Part shown: positions 58,049 to 64,000 of the stretch, piece after piece | How positions within the stretch are numbered: position 1 is the stretch's first letter | Layout of the letters: each line of letters starts with the position of its first letter | DNA from: Gemmatimonadota bacterium | GTDB taxonomy: Bacteria > Gemmatimonadota > Gemmatimonadetes > Gemmatimonadales > GWC2-71-9 | NCBI GenBank assembly: GCA_003220795.1 | Contig: QHTK01000050.1 | Span: forward strand, 670 to 64,669 | Length of the DNA: 64,000 bases | Direction of reading: 5' to 3' | Program-made: the position numbers and the translations under genes | Notes under the pieces: model-generated | What the model was told of the DNA's origin: nothing | What the model saw: only the letters and a program-made list of their open reading frames with translations | Database searches by the model: none

Positions 58049-59017
58049 ACGTCGGCAGCTCGGGATCTCATTCGTCAACCGGAACGTCTTCAGCGCCTCG
58101 CACAGCGCCGGTGTGGCGCGGGCGGCGCGGGCGTACAGCGCCAGGGCGGGTTGGGCCCACGCGTCGTTGTCGTCGAGCGCGAGGCGCAGCGCGGCGAACA
58201 CGAAGTCGCGCGGCGGCACGCGGTCGTCCTTCAAGTGCGGGCCCGCCACCCAGAGCAGCGGCCGCGTGGACCAGCCGATGCGCGGCCCGGGCGGCCGGTC
58301 GAACGCCACGGTCACGCAGACCGGGCGCCGCTTCGCCAGCTCGGCGAGCGTCGCGTCCGGGTCGCGATGGCGGCCGAGCTTCAGGTCGGCGGCGATGCGC
58401 CCCCGCAGCACGGAGTCCGACCGCCACGCCGCGAGCGGCACGGTCAGCAAGTCGGGGCGCAGCCCGCGCGCGAAGCGCATGTACCATGCGGCGTAGGAAT
58501 CGGCCTCGTTCGCAGTGAGCAGCACTCCCCACATCGGGCAGGCGCGCAGCAGGTTCTCGCCCAGCTCGTCGAGCACCGGCGGCATCTTCAGGTCCAGGGG
58601 GACCGGGCCCCACTCCTGCGGGCCGACGTTGATGCCCCGCTGCTCCCACGCGAGGTGAGAGCGCGCGCTCCACGCGGCCACGCGCAGCACGCGGGCGCTG
58701 TCCCCGTCGGGGGTCGAGCCGGACGGCGCAAGCAGCCGGCCGGCGCGGTCGAGCGCGTCGTCGGCGCTATCGAGCAGGGCGCGAACTGCGGCGCTGTCCC
58801 CGAGGGCGCGGTGCGGCGGGTCGTGCGCGTCGGCGACCCGCTCCAGGTACAGCCGGCCCAGCAGCAGCCATGCGCGGCCGTCGGTCGAGTCGCGGGCCAG
58901 ATGCTCGCGCAGGGCCGGGAGCGAATCCGCCGCCGTGCCGTTCACCGGCGCCTGCGCCGCCGCCGGCGCCTGGAGCAGCGCCGCGAGCGCCAGCGTGTTA
59001 GAGAGGAAGGTTGCCAT
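58046..59017 (-). CDS. Secreted hypothetical protein (TPR-like N part; C part resembling the DUF2723 soluble domain)
   Basis: Signal peptide; [38 protein letters not shown]. Confidence 0.55.
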   Translation of the reverse strand: MATFLSNTLALAALLQAPAAAQAPVNGTAADSLPALREHLARDSTDGRAWLLLGRLYLERVADAHDPPHRALGDSAAVRALLDSADDALDRAGRLLAPSGSTPDGDSARVLRVAAWSARSHLAWEQRGINVGPQEWGPVPLDLKMPPVLDELGENLLRACPMWGVLLTANEADSYAAWYMRFARGLRPDLLTVPLAAWRSDSVLRGRIAADLKLGRHRDPDATLAELAKRRPVCVTVAFDRPPGPRIGWSTRPLLWVAGPHLKDDRVPPRDFVFAALRLALDDNDAWAQPALALYARAARATPALCEALKTFRLTNEIPSCRR

Positions 59018-60524
59018 GCTTCTTGGGCGGATTCTTGTCGCGCTTGGTCTCGAGGGTCGCGAGCGCGTCGATCAGTCGCGGCCGCGTGTCGCGCGGGTCG
59101 ATGATGTCGTCCAGGTAGCCCCGCGCCGCCGCCAGGTAGGGATGCGCGAACTTCTCCCGATACTCGGTCTCGCGCTCGTCGGTGGCCTCTTCCCCCTTGT
59201 ACAGGATCTCGACGGCGCCCTTCGGCCCCATCACCGCGATCTCCGCGCTCGGCCAGGCGACGTTGTAGTCGCCGCGGATGTGTTTGGAATTCATCACGTC
59301 GTAGGCACCGCCGTACGCCTTGCGCGTGATCACCGTCAGCTTGGGCACGGTCGCCTCGCAGTAGGCGTACAGCAGCTTGGCACCGTGCTTGATGATGCCG
59401 CCGTGCTCCTGCGCCACGCCGGGGAGGAACCCGGGGACGTCCTCGAACGTGACCAGCGGGATGTTGAACGCGTCGCAAAAGCGGATGAAGCGCGCCCCCT
59501 TGAGCGACGCCGCGATGTCGAGCACGCCTGCCAGTACGGCGGGCTGGTTGGCGACGATGCCGACCGGGCCGCCGCCCAGCCGGGCGAACCCGACGAGCAG
59601 ATTGCCGCCGTAGTCGCGGTGCACCTCGAAGAAGTCGCCGTCGTCCACGACCCGACGGATCACGTCGTGCATGTCGTACGGCTTGGTGGCGTTGTCCGGG
59701 ACCACCTCCAGCAGCTCCTCGTCGCGGCGATCGGGCGGATCGGCGGCGCGCCGGCGCGGGGGGCCGTCGAGATTGTTGGAGGGGAGAAACGAGAGCAGGG
59801 TGCGGATCGCCGCCAGGCTGTCGCGCTCGGAATCGTGCACGAAGTGCGCGACCCCGGAGGTCGCGCCGTGCACGTCGGCCCCGCCGAGGCTCTCGAAGTC
59901 GACTTCCTCGTGCGTCACCGTCTTCACCACATTGGGACCGGTGACGAACATGTACGAGACGCCCCGCACCATGAACACGAAGTCGGTGATCGCGGGGCTG
60001 TAGACCGCCCCGCCCGCGCACGGGCCCAGGATCGCGCTGATCTGGGGCACCACGCCCGACGCGAGCGTATTGCGCAGGAAGATGTCGGCGTAGCCGCCGA
60101 GCGACACCACGCCCTCCTGGATGCGCGCGCCACCCGAGTCGCTGAGCCCGATGATAGGCGCGCCGTTCTGCAGGGCGGAGTCCATCACCTTGCAGATCTT
60201 CTCGGCGTGCGCTTCCGACAGCGAGCCGCCGAACACCGTGAAGTCCTGCGCGAACACGTACACCAGCCGTCCCTCGATCCGCCCGTATCCCGTCACCACG
60301 CCGTCGCCCAGGTACTTCTCGTCGGCGAGCCCGAAGTCCACCGAGCGGTGCGTGACGAAGCGATCGAGCTCGACGAACGTGCCCGGGTCGAGCAGCGCGT
60401 CGAGCCGCTCGCGCGCCGTCAGCTTTCCCTTCTCGTGCTGGACCTTGATGCGCTCTTCGCCGCCGCCGAGCAACGCCTCGGCGCGCTTCTGCTGGAGCAG
60501 ATCGAGCTTCTCACGCGTGGTCAT
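58998..60524 (-). CDS. pccB: Acyl-CoA (propionyl/methylmalonyl-CoA) carboxylase carboxyltransferase beta subunit
   Basis: [51 protein letters not shown]. Confidence 0.9.
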   Translation of the reverse strand: MTTREKLDLLQQKRAEALLGGGEERIKVQHEKGKLTARERLDALLDPGTFVELDRFVTHRSVDFGLADEKYLGDGVVTGYGRIEGRLVYVFAQDFTVFGGSLSEAHAEKICKVMDSALQNGAPIIGLSDSGGARIQEGVVSLGGYADIFLRNTLASGVVPQISAILGPCAGGAVYSPAITDFVFMVRGVSYMFVTGPNVVKTVTHEEVDFESLGGADVHGATSGVAHFVHDSERDSLAAIRTLLSFLPSNNLDGPPRRRAADPPDRRDEELLEVVPDNATKPYDMHDVIRRVVDDGDFFEVHRDYGGNLLVGFARLGGGPVGIVANQPAVLAGVLDIAASLKGARFIRFCDAFNIPLVTFEDVPGFLPGVAQEHGGIIKHGAKLLYAYCEATVPKLTVITRKAYGGAYDVMNSKHIRGDYNVAWPSAEIAVMGPKGAVEILYKGEEATDERETEYREKFAHPYLAAARGYLDDIIDPRDTRPRLIDALATLETKRDKNPPKKHGNLPL

Positions 60525-60562
60525 GAGGAAAATCTAGGTAGCTGGGAACAGGACGGCTACAA

Positions 60563-60590
60563 CTAGACGCGCAGACGCGCGTCTACGCGT

Positions 60591-60594
<4 letters not shown>
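60563..60594. repeat. 32-bp near-perfect palindrome built from 8-bp units at the rpsA stop codon (possible terminator)
   Basis: ctagacgcg c agacgcgcgtct a cgcgtctag. Confidence 0.6.
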
Positions 60595-62306
<1,712 letters not shown>

Positions 62307-62371
62307 CGGTTCGGTTCTCGGGTTTGGACCAGCCCCTGGGCGCGAACCCCGGGGAGCGGAAACCGCGAAAG

Positions 62372-63103
62372 CTAGTGAGGGAGGCGCTGGCGCGCCAGCG
62401 CCACGACCCGGGCGACCTGCTCGTCCATCGAGAGCTGGGTGGTGTCGAGCAAGACCGCGTCGGCCGCGGACCTGAGCGGGGCGACCCGGCGCGTCGAATC
62501 GGCGCGGTCGCGCGCCCCGAGCGCGTCGCTCTCGCGCTTGAGCTCGGCGGGATCGATGCGGTCGCCGCGCTGGGCCAGGCGGCGGCGGGCCCGCTCGTCC
62601 GGCGTCGCCGTGAGAAACACCTTGAGGGGGGCGTCAGGGAACACCACCGTCCCGATGTCCCGCCCGTCCACCACGACGCCCTGGGGATGCGTCCCCACGG
62701 CCTCGCGCTGCTGCACGTTCACCCAGTGGCGCACTTCGGGGATGGCGGCGATCTCCGACACGCGCGCGGTCACCCGCGGCGAGCGGATGGCGTCTTCCAC
62801 GCCCACCCCCGCCACCTCGGGCCGGAACACCTGGCCCACGAGCACCAGTCGCACCGGGAGGTCCTCCGCGAGCGCCACGAGTTGCTGCGCACCCCACGCC
62901 GGGCGGTGGCTGCCGCTCCCTTCCCCGGCCGTTTCCCCTTCCCCGGCCGTCTCCCCGAGATTGTCGAGCGCCGCCAGCGTGATCGCCCGATACAACGCGC
63001 CCGAGTCGAGATGCGCCCACCCGAGGCGCCGCGCCACCGCCGCCGCGGTGGAAGACTTTCCCGACGCAGCCGGACCATCGATGGCGATGACGCGAATGCT
63101 CAC
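62372..63103 (-). CDS. cmk: Cytidylate kinase
   Basis: IAIDGPAASGKS, LDSGALYRA, DGRDIGTVVFPDA. Confidence 0.96.
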   Translation of the reverse strand: MSIRVIAIDGPAASGKSSTAAAVARRLGWAHLDSGALYRAITLAALDNLGETAGEGETAGEGSGSHRPAWGAQQLVALAEDLPVRLVLVGQVFRPEVAGVGVEDAIRSPRVTARVSEIAAIPEVRHWVNVQQREAVGTHPQGVVVDGRDIGTVVFPDAPLKVFLTATPDERARRRLAQRGDRIDPAELKRESDALGARDRADSTRRVAPLRSAADAVLLDTTQLSMDEQVARVVALARQRLPH

Positions 63104-64000
63104 GTTTCGCGAATGCTCCGCAGGTCCGCGAAGAACCGCGGATAGCTGATGGAGACGGAGGCTCGTTCAGAGAGCCGGATATCGGCCCCCGGGACCGTGC
63201 CGAGCACGGCGAACGCCATCGCGAGGCGGTGGTCGCGCGCCGTCTCGACCCGCCCGCGTGGTGGCCGGGTCGTCCCCTGCACGTGCAAGTCATTGCCGAG
63301 TGCTGTGGCGTCGACACCCAGCGCGCGCAGGTTGGCGGCGATCAATTCGAGCCGGTTGCTCTCCTTCACGCGCAGCTCGCCCACTTCGCGGAACACCGTC
63401 TCCCCGGCGGCACGGCTCGCCAGGGCGGCGAGAATCGGCACTTCATCGACCAGGGTGGGCACTTCGGCCGCCGCGACCTCGGTGCCACGCAGCGCGGCGG
63501 CGGGGGGGCGCACGATCAGGTCGGCGACGGGCTCGCCCCCCTCGTCCCGCAGATTGACGCGCTCCACGTGTGCGCCCATCCGCTCGAGCACGACCAGGAA
63601 CCCCGTCCGCGTCGGATTCACGCCGACGTTTTCCACCAGGAGCTCACCGCCTTCGGCCAGCACGGCGGCCGCGACGAGAAACGCGGCCGACGACGCGTCC
63701 CCGGGGACCGACAGGTGAAACGACGGAACGCTTTTGGCCGACGGGTGAAGGCTGATAGCGCCGTGGTCGTAGCGCAGGTCCAGCCCCAGATGCAGCAGCA
63801 GCCGCTCCGTATGATCGCGCGACAGGTACGGCTCGCGCACGTTCACCGTCACCTTGCCGGTGAGCCCGGCCAGGAGCAGGGCGCTCTTCACCTGCGCGCT
63901 GGCGACGGGCGTCGTGTAGCTGAGCGCGTGCAACCGCCCCCCGTGGATCGTGAGCGGCAGCGCGTCGCCGTGCGCGTCATCGATGCGGGCACCCATGGCG
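63100..64000 (-). CDS. aroA: EPSP synthase (class II); 5' end outside the window
   Basis: ASAQVKSA, RDHTE, PGDASSAAF, NPTR, ELRVKESNR, DHRLAMA. Confidence 0.95.
   Translation of the reverse strand, partial: AMGARIDDAHGDALPLTIHGGRLHALSYTTPVASAQVKSALLLAGLTGKVTVNVREPYLSRDHTERLLLHLGLDLRYDHGAISLHPSAKSVPSFHLSVPGDASSAAFLVAAAVLAEGGELLVENVGVNPTRTGFLVVLERMGAHVERVNLRDEGGEPVADLIVRPPAAALRGTEVAAAEVPTLVDEVPILAALASRAAGETVFREVGELRVKESNRLELIAANLRALGVDATALGNDLHVQGTTRPPRGRVETARDHRLAMAFAVLGTVPGADIRLSERASVSISYPRFFADLRSIRET

Noticed and set aside
62310..62371. Small hairpins in the cmk-rpsA spacer as an S1 regulatory leader
   Set aside because: Stems are short and imperfect in GC-rich DNA; not supportable without covariation data.

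Overview
High-GC bacterial DNA. Gene order and small-protein motifs suggest Gemmatimonadota, which is an inference. The right part (~38.8-64 kb) is almost entirely minus-strand core genes: aroA-cmk-rpsA, an acyl-CoA carboxylase operon with an rlmD-like gene inside it, rplM-rpsI-rpsB-tsf-pyrH-frr-uppS-cdsA-dxr-rseP, rpsO-pnp, an M16 peptidase, ald, PPi-PFK and dut. The left part (1-38.8 kb) is accessory. The highlight is a compact, tightly linked 8-gene biosynthetic cluster at 21.1-35.2 kb on the minus strand. It encodes (1) a PPTase; (2) a DH-FkbH-ACP loading protein whose FkbH region is interrupted by an FkbM-type methyltransferase; (3) a complete Ser-derived aminomalonyl-ACP cassette (stand-alone A domain, ACP, two dehydrogenases); (4) one KS-AT-KR-ACP module; and (5) a beta-hairpin-docked thioesterase with a Cys nucleophile that lacks the usual His and Asp. 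The inferred product is a small C5 alpha-amino-beta-hydroxy acid, possibly a methoxy enol ether or a lactone. Other observations are a 116-bp REPIN-like element with compensatory stem changes, short 7-9-mer tandem repeats inside or between housekeeping genes, a DCC1-membrane fusion protein, a stand-alone AP2-like protein, a c-type heme beta-propeller protein, and an SDR with Trp at the catalytic Tyr position. No tRNA, rRNA, CRISPR array or transposase was seen.
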